Positions 41,845 through 54,555 of a stretch of DNA of 64,000 nucleotides are shown here, piece after piece; position 1 is the first letter of the stretch; every line of letters starts with the position of its first letter. A program made the translations under genes and the position numbers. The stretch lies in assembly GCA_964016885.1 (NCBI GenBank), contig OZ024766.1, positions 8,370,001 through 8,434,000 on the forward strand. The letters are read 5' to 3'. Origin of the DNA: Eledone cirrhosa (lineage: Eukaryota). Below the pieces are notes generated by a model, which was given only the letters and a program-made list of their open reading frames with translations, had not been told where the DNA came from and did not search any database.

Positions 41845-42390
41845 GTTTTTACTTTTGGCACAAGGCCAGCAGTTAAACCAGTGTATTACTGGTACTTTAT
41901 TTTATCGACCCTGTAATAACTGTTTCTATTTTTGGCACAAGGCCAGCAAATATCTCAGTGTATTACTGGTACCTCATTTTATCGACCCTGTAATAACTTT
42001 CTATTTTTGGCACAAGGCCAGCAATTATCCCAGTGTATTACTGGTAACTCATTTTATCGACCCTGTAATAACTTTCTATTTTTGGCACAAGGCCAGCAAT
42101 TACCCCAGTGTATTACTGGTACTTTATTTTATCAACCCTGTAACAATTGTTTCTACTTTTGGCACAAGGCCAGCAATTACGCCAGTGTATTACTGGTACT
42201 TTATTTTATCGACCCTGTAATAACTTTCTATTTTTGGCACAAGGCCAGCAATTACCCCAGTGTATTACTGGTACTTTATTTTATCGACCCCGTAATGATG
42301 AAAGACAAAGTTAACCTCAACAAGATTTGAACTCAGACAATGAAGCATGATGTCCAACGCTCTACCGATTCTGCCAATCCACCGCCCTCT
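41845..42390 (-). mobile_element. Nin-like SINE with 6 tandem ~76-bp 3' units
   Basis: GGCACAAGGCCAGCAATTACCCCAGTGTATTACTGGTACTTTATTTTATCGACCCTGTAATA repeats followed by the SINE head. Confidence 0.85.
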
Positions 42391-42519
42391 TCAATAATGG
42401 TAAATCTGGTGCTGCAGAGAGAGGAAGAACTCGATGCTTGCTGCTTATTTGGCATCTGTGGAATAATCCTTTGTTTTCAGTGATTATACACCGGTGCCAA
42501 GTAAAGAGCAATGATCACT

Positions 42520-43425
42520 ACCACTACCACCACCACCTTAAATAATTTTGAAAACCCTACAATGCACTAGAAAGAAAATTAAAACTGCTAAGATAGAAGA
42601 ATCTTACTGCAGCAAATTTAATAATTCCAAATATTTTCGGGCTTAAAAGAGTAATGCTCACTACCACCGCCACGTTGCTTCAGTAACCTCAGTACTACAA
42701 CACAAACCACAGTCACTACAGGTGAGGAGTTTGAGAGAAGACCAGCTAACGACATCAGTCACAAGATCTATAGGACTTTTTTTACTTTGCTTTAAGCATT
42801 GTTGAATAGGAAATGCAAATTTGAATAATTTTGAAAACCATACAATGTGCTAGAAAGAAAATTAAAAAGGCTAAGATAACAAAAGAATCTTACCTTAGCA
42901 AATTTAATAATTCCAAATATTTTCGGGTTCTATAAAAGTTTTTTGGAAATCCTTACTTGTATATAAAACAGAGTATTGTAGAAAATCCTTACTATATATA
43001 AAACAGAGTATTGTAGTTTGCTTTAAGCATTGTTGAATAGGAAACACAAACTTAAGTAATTTTGAAAACCATACAATGCACTAGAAAGAAAATTAAAACT
43101 GCTAAGATAAAATAATCTTATCTTAGCAAATTTAATAATTGCAAATATTTTCGGATTCACTACCACTGCCACATTGCTTCAGTAACCCCAGTACTACAAC
43201 ACAAACCACAGTCACTGCAGATGAGGAGTTTGAGAGAAGTCACAAGATCTACAGGAGTTTTTTGGGAACCCTAACCTGTATATAACAGAGTTTTGTAGTT
43301 TGCTTGAAGCATTTTTGAATAAGAAACACAAATTCAAATAATTTTGTAAACTATACAATGCATTAGAAAGAAAATTAAAAATGCTAAAATAATAAAACAA
43401 TCTTACTTTAGCAAATTTAATAAAA
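42520..43425. repeat. Diverged ~230-285-bp tandem repeat (~4 copies)
   Basis: TAATTTTGAAAACCATACAATGCACTAGAAAGAAAATTAAAA recurs at ~42543, 42827, 43058 and 43339. Confidence 0.75.
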
Positions 43426-43474
43426 ATAAGAAAACATTACAGGAAGACAACAAGATGAAACAGAAACATGATAA

Positions 43475-43516
43475 TCACTGATGACGTTACACATGTGTGT
43501 GACGAAAGAACTCTGA
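43475..43516 (+). ncRNA. Minimal type I hammerhead motif
   Basis: TCA-CTGATGA-c-GTTACAC-atgt-GTGTGAC-GAAA-G-aa-C-TC-TGA; stem I only 3 bp. Confidence 0.5.
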
Positions 43517-44703
43517 AAAACTATATTTATATTTATATTTTCAACTCTTTTACCTGTTTCAGCCATCCGGCTGAGGCCATGCTGGGGCACCGCCCTTGTT
43601 GGTCAATCAATGATAAACATTGATTGCCAGCTGAATTATTTATAGAAATATAAAGATATACTGAAGTGAAAACCAAACCGAACAGTGAGTGTGTTTTACT
43701 ATATATTTTCTGGCAATATTAGAATAACATGACCCTCCCCCAAATATAACAATATACATACATACATACTTGCCTTATAATCAATCAAGGGGTGATAAAT
43801 CTTAATGGCAGTCATTTTTTCCTCCATAGTTGGGCTTGATTCTGTGTTTTGAGGGAGATTTGGCTGCTATTTCTAACAGTGCTTTATCCCATATACACAT
43901 CATCTTCTTCGCCCAATTATTCATGAGAGGGTCGAGCCCTCAAACACTCCTTTCAGTGGGTTTGTGTCAGAAGCAACCATCTCCCACTGATGAGCCAAGC
44001 TCATTGATTGTTACCCAGCCATCTTGCTCGGGGTCTACCCTTGGATGTCCGGCCAGCTGGTTTTGCCCATACATCATCATCATCATCATCGTCATCATTA
44101 TCATTTAACGTTCGCTCTTCCCTGCTTGCAAGGGTGGGGCGGGTCCTATTCAGCACAGCATCTCTCCACTTGTCACGGTCCTTCGTCATCTCCGTGAGCT
44201 TCAGCGATCTGAGGTCTGCTCTCACCACCGCCGCCCATGTTTTTCGTGGTCTCCCTCTACCACGTCTTCCTTCTATTGGCACTTCTTCACCCATCGGTCA
44301 TCCGATATATATCATTTCATTTTACGTCCGGTTTTTCCCTGCTTGCAAGGGTGGGACGGGAACTAATCCTGGCTTGATTTCTACAGCTGGATGCCCTTCC
44401 TAAGACCAACCTAATTTACAGTGAGTGCTGGGTGCTTTTTTGCCGTGGCACCTCCACGACCACTTTGCAGTGGAATGATATGGAACCCAGTCCCTATCAT
44501 CTCATTTCTACAGCTGAGTAAACTGGAGCAATGTGAAATAAAGTGTCTTGCTCAAGGAAACAACACATCACCCGGTCTGAGAATTGAACTCACAACCTTT
44601 CGATTGCAAGGCCAATGCTCTAACCACTAAGCCATGTGCCTCCATATTGTATATATATATATAATTTCCATTTTAGACTATATATATATATATATATATA
44701 TAT

Positions 44704-45417
44704 AAAGAGAAACGAAGCCTGCATGCTCCGATGGATGTGTAACAGTAATATACGTGAACGACAAAGCATAAATGAATTGAGAGAGAGACTGAGCATAAGA
44801 GGAATCAAATGCTGTGTGCAGGAGAGGCGGTTGCGCTGGTATGGACATGTGATGCGTATGAAGGATGACAGCTGCATAAAAAGGTGCAGAGCACTAGAAG
44901 TCGATGGAAACCGCGGAGTGGGGAGACCCAAGATGACCTGGGATGAGGTGATAAAAGCCGACCTTACCCAACTACACCTCTCAAAGGCGATGACACACGA
45001 CCGTGACCTCTGGCGTCACGCAGTAATACAGAGTACCCGATCTCCCATGGGTACAAGCTGAAGCATGTAGTCAATATGCCCCCGCACTCCCCACTGCAAG
45101 GTGGTCGTGGAGGTGCCACGGCAAAAAAGCACCCAGCCCACACTGTAAAGTGGACGTGGAGGTGCCACGGCAAAAAAGCACCCAGCCCACACTGTAAAGT
45201 GGACGTGTAGGCGCCACGGAAAAAAAAGCACCCAGCACTCACTGTAAATGAGGTTGGTGTTAGGAAGGGCATCCAGCTGTAGAAATCAAGCCAAAATCAG
45301 TTCCTGTATGAGCAAGGCATGGTCAGCCGACCAGACACTGCCCACAACAGGACAACCCGTCTAACCCATGCTAGTGTGGAAGAACGGACGTAAAACGGTG
45401 GTGATGATGATGATGAT
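44704..45417 (+). mobile_element. 5'-truncated RTE LINE with SINE-shared 3' UTR
   Basis: RNEACMLRWMC...[12 protein letters not shown]...GRPKMTWDEVIKADL...DRDLWRHAV; UTR with 3-4 copies of a ~50-bp unit, core and (GAT)n tail; a further RTE 3' fragment at 44075-44290(-). Confidence 0.9.
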
Positions 45418-45806
45418 TTACATCTGTATTTTTAACCGTTGGTCAATCAATGACAAACGTTGATTGCCAAATAAATTAACTATGGAGATATAAAAGATAC
45501 AGAAGTGAAAACCAACCAAACAGTGAGTTCTGTTATTATTTCTGGCAATATTACAATATTATTACAACAATATGACCCTCCCCAAGTATAACAATATATA
45601 TATATATATACATATATCTTCTTCGCCCTTCATCCACTTATTCCTGAGAGAGCCATGGGGGACAGAGGACTGTCAGAAGGTCCTGTCAGAAGCAACCATT
45701 TCCAACTTATCCAGCTGAATCCCCAAGCTAGACCAACCAAGCTCATGGATGTTACCCAACCATCTTGCTACGGGTCTACCCTTGAGTCTCCTGCTGGTTG
45801 GTTTTG

Positions 45807-45842
<36 letters not shown>

Positions 45843-46361
45843 TATCTCCTTCATCCACTTATTCCTGAGAGAGCCATGGGGGAGACAGATTCCTCAAACA
45901 CTCTTTCCAGCAGGTCCTGTCAGAAGCAACCATCTCAAACTTATCCAGTTAAAACCCCGAGACAAACCAAGCTCATAGAACTGTAAAATTTCAATGAATG
46001 AATAAATATAATTTGTGAAATTGAATTGTTTCATTTTTTTTTTTTTATAAATTTGGCTTTGAATTCTTTGATCCTGTGTTGGATGTTTGTGTTAAGAGAA
46101 GAGCTGAGATGTCAACTGATCCCCATCTAGTTATCTGCAACTTGAGACTACCTAAAACCCACAAAAAGCCCACAAAACTGGCAGGTCTAGAGTGACCTAC
46201 AGGATAAAGTGGGAAGCATTGGTGGATAAGGAAGTCAGGACCAGGTGTGCAGATACCATTGCATCCAAATTCAGAGAACTCCCTGAGCAAACTGAAGATG
46301 TTGAGATGGAGTTGAGACTATTCAGCAGCAGATGGCAGCAGGAAACCTTGTTCAAAGCCTC

Positions 46362-47150
46362 AGTCACACACAGCAGCCATTGAAACCAAGGACTTGTGTG
46401 CTGGAGCATTGTCCTGATGAAACAAGACCCCTTTTGTCAGTTTGTCTGGGTGTTTGTAACTGTCTCAGCAAGTTGGCATAATGCTCTCCAATGATGTGGC
46501 CCTTTTTGAAGATAGTCAACAAACACAATGCCTTTTGCATCCCCAAAATCTGAGGCCATTATCTCTGCATATGAAACAACCTTGGTTTTCTTTGGAGCAG
46601 GTAAAGGGGGTTGTTTCCACTGCATGGATTGTTTCTTTGTCTCTGGTTCAAAGTGTTGAACCCAACACTTATCCTGGGTTAGAAAACGTTCAAGGAAACC
46701 AGCTGGATCTGCCTCAAACAATGTCAGAGTTTCTCATGATATGATCAGCCTGGTGTACTTCTGATCAGCTGTCAGAAGATGTGACACCCACCGAGCAGAA
46801 ACCTTCACCATACCAAGTTCATTGTACAGAATATTCTCAACTCTTTCACAGGATATGTTGATAGTATTGACTACTTAATTTATAGTCAATCACCTGTCAT
46901 CCATCACCATGTGGTGAACACGTTCAAGGTTTTCCTCGGTGGTGGCAGTTCCAGGAAGTCCAGACCTTGGGCCACCTTCAAGACTTTCCATTCCTCTCCT
47001 AAATTCAGCCGCCAATGTTTGCACTGTTGATAAAGCTGGAGCATCATCCCCTAATGTATCAGCCATGTCAACATGAATCCCCTTAGGGGACTAAACCCTT
47101 TTTCTGCAGGTACTTGATAACACCATGTGGCCAAATAATGTCTATTTTCA
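46362..47150 (-). pseudogene. Decayed mariner (DD34D-type) transposase
   Basis: VIKYLQK...DTLGDDAPALSTVQ...ARWVSHLLT (WVPxxL motif)...FLTQDKCWVQHFEPETKKQSMQW...KGIVFVDYLQKG; stops and frameshifts. Confidence 0.9.
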
Positions 47151-47204
47151 AGATAATTTGCTACTAGCTACTTTAAAAGTCTTCTTTGAACAAACAGATG
47201 TCAG

Positions 47205-48420
47205 TTTACCTGGACAGAAACAATTCAGTTAATAAGAGAAGTTGAAATTAATGCATGCAAGATTTCACAGCCCTAGCATCACTCCATAGTCTGACCAAGA
47301 TACTCTCATGGAATGACGAAATGAGGTTTATTTTTCAACACAGTCCCTGGAAAGAAACACCATGTAGTTATTAATAATAAAAGTTGAAATTAATACATGC
47401 AAGATTTCACAGCTCTAGCATCACTCCTTCATAGTCTGACCAAGATACTCTCATGGAAGGACCAAATGAGATTTATTTTTCAACAGTCCCTGGAAAGAAA
47501 CACAATGTAGTTATTAATAAGAAAAGTTTAAATTAATACATGCAAGATTTCACAGCTCTAGCATCACTCCTTCATAGACTGACAAAGATACTCTCATGGA
47601 AGGACCAAATGAGATTTATTTTTCAACAGTCCCTGGAAAGAAACACAATGTAGTTATTAATAAGAAAAGTTTAAATTAATACATGCAAGATTTCACAGCT
47701 CTAGCATCACTCCTTCATAGACTGACAAAGATACTCTCATGGAAGGACCAAATGAGATTTATTTTTCAACAGTCCCTGGAAAGAAACACAATGTAGTTAT
47801 TAATAAGAAAAGTTTAAATTAATACAAGCAAGATTTCACAGCTCTAGCATCACTCCATAGTTTGACCAAGATACTCTCATGGAATGACCAAATGAGATTT
47901 ATTTTTCAACATAGTCCCTGGATAGAAACACCATGTAGTTATTAATAAGAAAAGTTGAAATTAATACAAGCAAGATTTCACAGCTCTAGCATCACTCCAT
48001 AGTCTGACCAAAATACTCATGGAATGACTAAATGAGGTTTATTTTTCAACAGTCCCTGGAAAGAAACACAATGTAGTTATTAATAAGAAAAGTTAAAATT
48101 AATACAAGCAAGATTTCACAGCTTTAGCATCACTCTTTCATAGTCTGACCGAGATACTCTCATGGAATGACTAAATGAGGTTTATTTTTCAACATAGTCC
48201 CTGGAAAGAAACACAATGTAGTTATTAATAAGAAAAGTTGAAATTAATGCATGCAAGATTTCACAGCTTTAGCATCACTCTTTCATAGTCTGACCAAGAT
48301 ACTCTCATGGAATGACTAAATGAGGTTTATTTTTCAACATAGTCCCTGGAAAGAAACACAATGTAGTTATTAATAAGAAAAGTTGAAATTAATGCATGCA
48401 AGATTTCACAGCTTTAGCAT
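47205..48420. repeat. ~143-bp tandem repeat (~8.5 copies) abutting the mariner 5' end
   Basis: AAGATTTCACAG recurs at 47259, 47401, 47544, 47687 and onward. Confidence 0.92.
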
Positions 48421-48504
48421 ACCTCTTTGCAGCTGATATTCGGATGGTAAGCTTGATGATAATAATAATAATAATAATAATAAAGGAGATAATGATAATA
48501 ATAA

Positions 48505-49280
48505 ATATTTCTACTTTAGGCACAAGGCCAGCAATTATCCAAGTGTATTACTGGTACTTTATTTTATCAACCCTGTAATAAATAGTTCTACTTTAGGCAC
48601 AAGGCCAGCAATTACCCCAGTGTATTACTGGTACTTTATTTTATCAACCCTGTAATAAATAGTTCTACTTTAGGCACAAGGCCAGCAATTACCCCAGTGT
48701 ATTACTGGTACTTTATTTTATCAACCCTGTAATAAATAGTTCTACTTTAGGCACAAGGCCAGCAATTACCCCAGTGTATTACTGGTACTTTATTTTATCA
48801 ACCCTGTAATAAATAGTTCTACTTTAGGCACAAGGCCAGCAATTACCCCAGTGTATTACTGGTACTTTATTTTATCAACCCTGTAATAAATAGTTCTACT
48901 TTAGGCACAAGGCCAGCAATTACCCCAGTGCATTACTGGTACTTTATTTTATCAACCCTGTAATAAATAGTTCTACTTTAGGCACAAGGCCAGCAATTAC
49001 CCCAGTGTATTACTGGTACTTTATTTTATCAACCCTGTAATAAATAGTTCTACTTTAGGCACAAGGCCAGCAATTACCCCAGTGTATTACTGGTACTTTA
49101 TTTTATCAACCCTGTAATAACTGTTTCTACTTTAGGCACAAGGCCAGCAATTATCCCAGTACATTACTGGTACTTTATTTTATCGACCCCCGTAAAGATG
49201 AAAGGCAAAGCTAACCTCGGCGGGATTTGAACTCAGAATGTAAAGGGCCATAACTCTATGCTGCAAAGCATGGCGTCCGA
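48505..49280 (-). mobile_element. Nin-like SINE with ~9 tandem 77-bp 3' units
   Basis: 77-bp period; intact tRNA-like head at 49200-49280. Confidence 0.88.
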
Positions 49281-49460
49281 CGCTCTACCGATTCTGCCAT
49301 AGGCACAAGGCCAGCAACTTTGAGAGGGAAGGGGGGGGGGGAAGAGTCGATTAAATCGAACCCCCCCCCCCCCCCCCTCTCTCCCAGTGAATTACTGGTA
49401 TTTTATTTCACGCAAAGCACTACCGAGTAGTACTGCGGATCCCCCTCCCCCCACCGCCCT

Positions 49461-49745
49461 AACAACAACAACAACAACAACAACAACAGCAACAACTCAA
49501 TCCCCCGCCCTCACAACAACAACAGCAGCAGTAACAACAACACCAACAACAGCAGTAACAACAACACCAACAGTAACAACAACAACAACAGCAGTAACAA
49601 CAACAACAACACCAACAACAACAGTAACAACAACACCAACAACAGCAGTAACAACAACACCAACAGTAACAACAACAACACCAACAGTAACAACAACAAC
49701 AGCAGTAACAACAACAACAACAACAACAGCAGTAACAACAACAAC
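49461..49745. repeat. (AAC)n-type triplet repeat
   Basis: ACA/ACC/GCA/GTA triplets. Confidence 0.95.
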
Positions 49746-50040
49746 TGTGTCTTTAAAACAATTTATTTCACGATTCTCAAGAGATACATTAAAAAAAAAA
49801 AGTGTGATTTTTATAAGTGTTCACTAGTGCTCCCCCCCGCAACCAAACATGACCAACACCACTGAATTGGTCATAGAGTGTGAAAGACGAAGCATATAGG
49901 AGGGAGGGAGAGATGGATGGATGGTGATATATATACAGACACTCATATATATATATATATATATATGAAAGGAGGAGGTTATATATATATACACACACAC
50001 ACACTCATATATATACACAGACATATATATATTTATACAG

Positions 50041-50073
<33 letters not shown>

Positions 50074-50179
50074 CACATGCAGACACTCATATATATATAC
50101 ATGAGTGTCTGTATATATATATATATATATATATATGTCTGTATATATATATGAGTGTGTGTGTGTATATATATATATG

Positions 50180-50235
<56 letters not shown>

Positions 50236-50268
50236 GTCATATATATACAGACATATATATATTTATAG

Positions 50269-50315
<47 letters not shown>

Positions 50316-50348
50316 TATATACACACACACACACACATATTTATACAG

Positions 50349-50389
<41 letters not shown>

Positions 50390-50562
50390 AATACACACTA
50401 ATATATATATACATATATATATACACACATACACACACATACATGCACAAATATATATACACAAACACATATATATATATATACTAACATATACACACAA
50501 ACATATATATATATATATATCAATGATAATATATTTGTTGAATTACCAACAAATTAAATATC

Positions 50563-50617
<55 letters not shown>

Positions 50618-50772
50618 CGCTATTAATAAATATATATATATTTATATATGTGGAAAGTTATATTTAAATTGTTGGGTTATAACTAGTAAATATTTATAAC
50701 TGATATAAAAGCACTCGACAAGTTTTGGGAGTATATTTACAATATTAATATAGACATCCATGTGATCAAGTA

Positions 50773-50838
50773 TATTTTATTATACATATTTCAGAGGTAC
50801 TGAGCTATTTCAACAGTACGTCCTCATCAGATAAAATA
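50773..50838 (-). ncRNA. Type I hammerhead motif (family A, left arm)
   Basis: Mirror image of 50937-51002. Confidence 0.75.
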
Positions 50839-50936
50839 TGTTGATGCCTGACATACCTCGACTATGTCGATGGTTATAATTCTGTGATGACAGAATTATA
50901 ACCATCGACATAGTCAAGATTTGTCAAGCATCAACT

Positions 50937-51002
50937 TATTTTATCTGATGAGGACGTACTGTTGAAATAGCTCAGTACCTCTGAAATATGTATAATAAAA
51001 TA
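50937..51002 (+). ncRNA. Type I hammerhead motif (family A, right arm)
   Basis: TATTTTAT-CTGATGA-GGAcGTACTG...CAGTACcTCT-GAAA-T-ATGT-A-TA-ATAAAATA. Confidence 0.75.
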
Positions 51003-51130
51003 TATTTGATCACATGGATGTCTATATTTATTAATATTTTGAATATATATATATATATAACTTCAGAAAACCTTTCTGTGGAGTGCTTCTAATCTATTGT
51101 GAAACATTATTCATTGAACCTTGTTTAACC

Positions 51131-51170
<40 letters not shown>

Positions 51171-51877
51171 ACATTAACAGAGAAAGCCTTAAGCTATACT
51201 CTGACTGGCTTCCATCTCACTCAACAAACATTAGGATATACCTTAGTATAATCCAAATTTTACGTTTGGGGTGCTAACTATACGTATTTTGTGGAAGGCC
51301 AGTAGTATTATTTTATATGAGACATAATTAAAATATATATTTATTAAAATAACAGATTAAAGTTTAAGCAAAGAATCGCTGCTTTCACCCTTAACGGGAT
51401 CTTCCCGTTAAGGGTGAAAGCAGCGATTCTTTGCTTAAACTTTAATCTGTTATTTTAATAAATATTTGCTCTATGGTTCTTATATATTTGATATATATTT
51501 ATCCTTATCGAGCCCTCTTTGGATTTTAGTCTTCACATTTATTATTATTACTATTTGTTCCTAGAGTGGGTAATAGGAACAAATAGTAATTGTTTCTACG
51601 TTAGGCACAAGGCCAGCAATTACCCAGTGTATTACTGGTACTTTATTTTATCGACCCCGTAAGGATGAAAGGCAAAGTTAATCCCGCCGAGGTTAACTTT
51701 GCCTTTCATCCTTACGGGGTCGATAAAATAAAGTACCAGTAATACACTGGGTAATTGCTGGCCTTGTGCCTAACGTAGAAACAATTACTATTTGTTCCTA
51801 TTACCCACTCTACTATCCTAAGTATTGAGTACTTTGGTGCGTTATGGTCCTCCTGGTTCCTTACCACATTTCCTTCG

Positions 51878-51920
<43 letters not shown>

Positions 51921-52039
51921 AACATATATATATATCCAGGGAGTGTAACTTAGAGTGACTGTAGGTTCACCCGGTTGAGCACTCGATGTTTAGGTTCTCG
52001 TCAGTATCGAGGTGTAGAGCTAGCCAGAGTGTAATATAA

Positions 52040-53220
52040 TTGTGTCTACTTTAGGTACAAGGCCAGCAATTACCCCAGTGTATTACTGGTACTTTATATT
52101 ATCAACCCTGTAATAAGTGTTTCTACTTTAGGCACAAGGCCAGCAATTACCCCAGTGCATTACTGGTACTTTATATTATCAACCCTGTAGTAATTGTTTC
52201 TACTTTAGGCACAAGGCCAGCAATTACCCCAGTGCATTACTGGTACTTTATATTATCAACCCTGTAATAAGTGTTTCTACTTTAGGCACAAGGCCAGCAA
52301 TTACCCCAGTGCATTACTGGTACTTTATATTATCAACCCTGTAGTAATTGTTTCTACTTTAGGCACAAGGCCAGCAATTACCCCAGTGCATTACTGGTAC
52401 TTTATATTATCAACCCTGTAATAAGTGTTTCTACTTTAGGCACAAGGCCAGCAATTACCCCAGTGCATTACTGGTACTTTATATTATCAACCCTGTAGTA
52501 ATTGTTTCTACTTTAGGCACAAGGCCAGCAATTACCCCAGTGCATTACTGGTACTTTATATTATCAACCCTGTAATAAGTGTTTCTACTTTAGGCACAAG
52601 GCCAGCAATTACCCCAGTGCATTACTGGTACTTTATATTATCAACCCTGTAGTAATTGTTTCTACTTTAGGCACAAGGCCAGCAATTACCCCAGTGCATT
52701 ACTGGTACTTTATATTATCAACCCTGTAATAAGTGTTTCTACTTTAGGCACAAGGCCAGCAATTACCCCAGTGCATTACTGGTACTTTATATTATCAACC
52801 CTGTAATAAGTGTTTCTACTTTAGGCACAAGGCCAGCAATTACCCCAGTGCATTACTGGTACTTTATATTATCAACCCTGTAGTAATTGTTTCTACTTTA
52901 GGCACAAGGCCAGCAATTACCCCAGTGCATTACTGGTACTTTATATTATCAACCCTGTAATAAGTGTTTCTACTTTAGGCACAAGGCCAGCAATTACCCC
53001 AGTGCATTACTGGTACTTTATTGTATCAACCCTGTAATAATTATTTCTACTTTAGGCACAAGGCCAGAAAATAACCCAGTGCATTACTGGTACTTTATTT
53101 TATCGACCCCGTAAGGATGAAAGGCAAAGTCAACCTCGGCGGGATTTGAACTCAGAATGTAAAGGGACGTAACTATGCTGGAAAGCATGGCGTCCGACCC
53201 TCTACCGATACTGCCAATCC
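52040..53220 (-). mobile_element. Nin-like SINE with ~14 tandem 77-bp 3' units
   Basis: 77-bp period 52040-53110; head at 53110-53220. Confidence 0.9.
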
Positions 53221-53480
53221 ACAATATAATAATACCAGTAATGTACTGGGGTAATTGCTGGCCTTGTGCCTAAAGTAGAAACACTTATTACAGGGTTGAT
53301 AAAATAAAGTACCAGTAATACACTGGGGTAATTGCTGGCCTTGTGCCTAAAGTAGACACAATTATATTACACTCTGGCTAGCTGTACACCTCGATACTGA
53401 CGAGAACCTAAACATCGAGTGCTCAACCGGGTGAACCTACAGTCACTCTAAGTTACACTCCCTGGATATATATATATGTT

Positions 53481-53541
<61 letters not shown>

Positions 53542-53749
53542 CGAATATATATATATATAACGAAGGAAATGTGGTAAGGAACCAGGAGGACCATAACGCA
53601 CCAAAGTACTCAATACTTAGGGTAGTAGAGTGGGTAATAGGAACGAGTAGGACCCCGACGGCTGAGCTCAAGCCGTTTCGACGGCTAATAATGCGTCCAG
53701 AATTAGCCGTCAAAACGGCTTGAGCTCAGCCGTCGGGGTCCTACTCGTT

Positions 53750-53793
<44 letters not shown>

Positions 53794-53826
53794 AACGAGT
53801 AGGACCCCGACGGCTGAGCTCAAGCC

Positions 53827-53867
<41 letters not shown>

Positions 53868-54396
53868 GGATCGATCAACTTTCGTCAAATCGGACCGAGG
53901 GAACAATGTTTCCGTTGGTCTTTCCAATTGCTAATACTATCTATCGGTCGCAACTCCAGGTAGAAGGAGCAACGTGAAATAAAGTGTCTTGCTCAAGGAC
54001 ATAACGCATCGCCCGATCCAGGAATCGAACTCACAACCTCACGATTGCGAATCCAATTCTCTAACCACTCAGCCACACGCCTTCACATATATATAACGAA
54101 GGAAATGTGGTAAGGAACCAGGTGGACCATAACGCACCAAAGTACTCAATACTTGGGGTAGTAGAGTGGGTAATAGGAACAAATAGTAATAATAATAAAT
54201 TTGAAGACTAAAATCCAAAGAAGGCTCAATAAGGATAAATATATATCAAATATATAAGAACCGTAGAGCAAATATTTATTAAAATAACAGATTAAAGTTT
54301 AAGCAAAGAATCGCTGCTTTCACCCTTAACGGGAAGATCCCATTAAGGGTGAAAGCAGCGATTCTTTGCTTAAACTTTAATCTGTTATTTTAATAA

Positions 54397-54427
<31 letters not shown>

Positions 54428-54471
54428 CACATAAATCTGTGTATATATATATATACATACACATAAATCTG

Positions 54472-54555
<84 letters not shown>

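Noticed and set aside
43986-44005. CTGATGAGCCAAGCTC hammerhead-like start
   Set aside because: No GAAA or stem III follows; part of another repeat (related to 45690-45810)
49387-49827. Thr-rich mucin-like ORF
   Set aside because: (AAC)n repeat flanked by SINE remnants; no convincing splice sites
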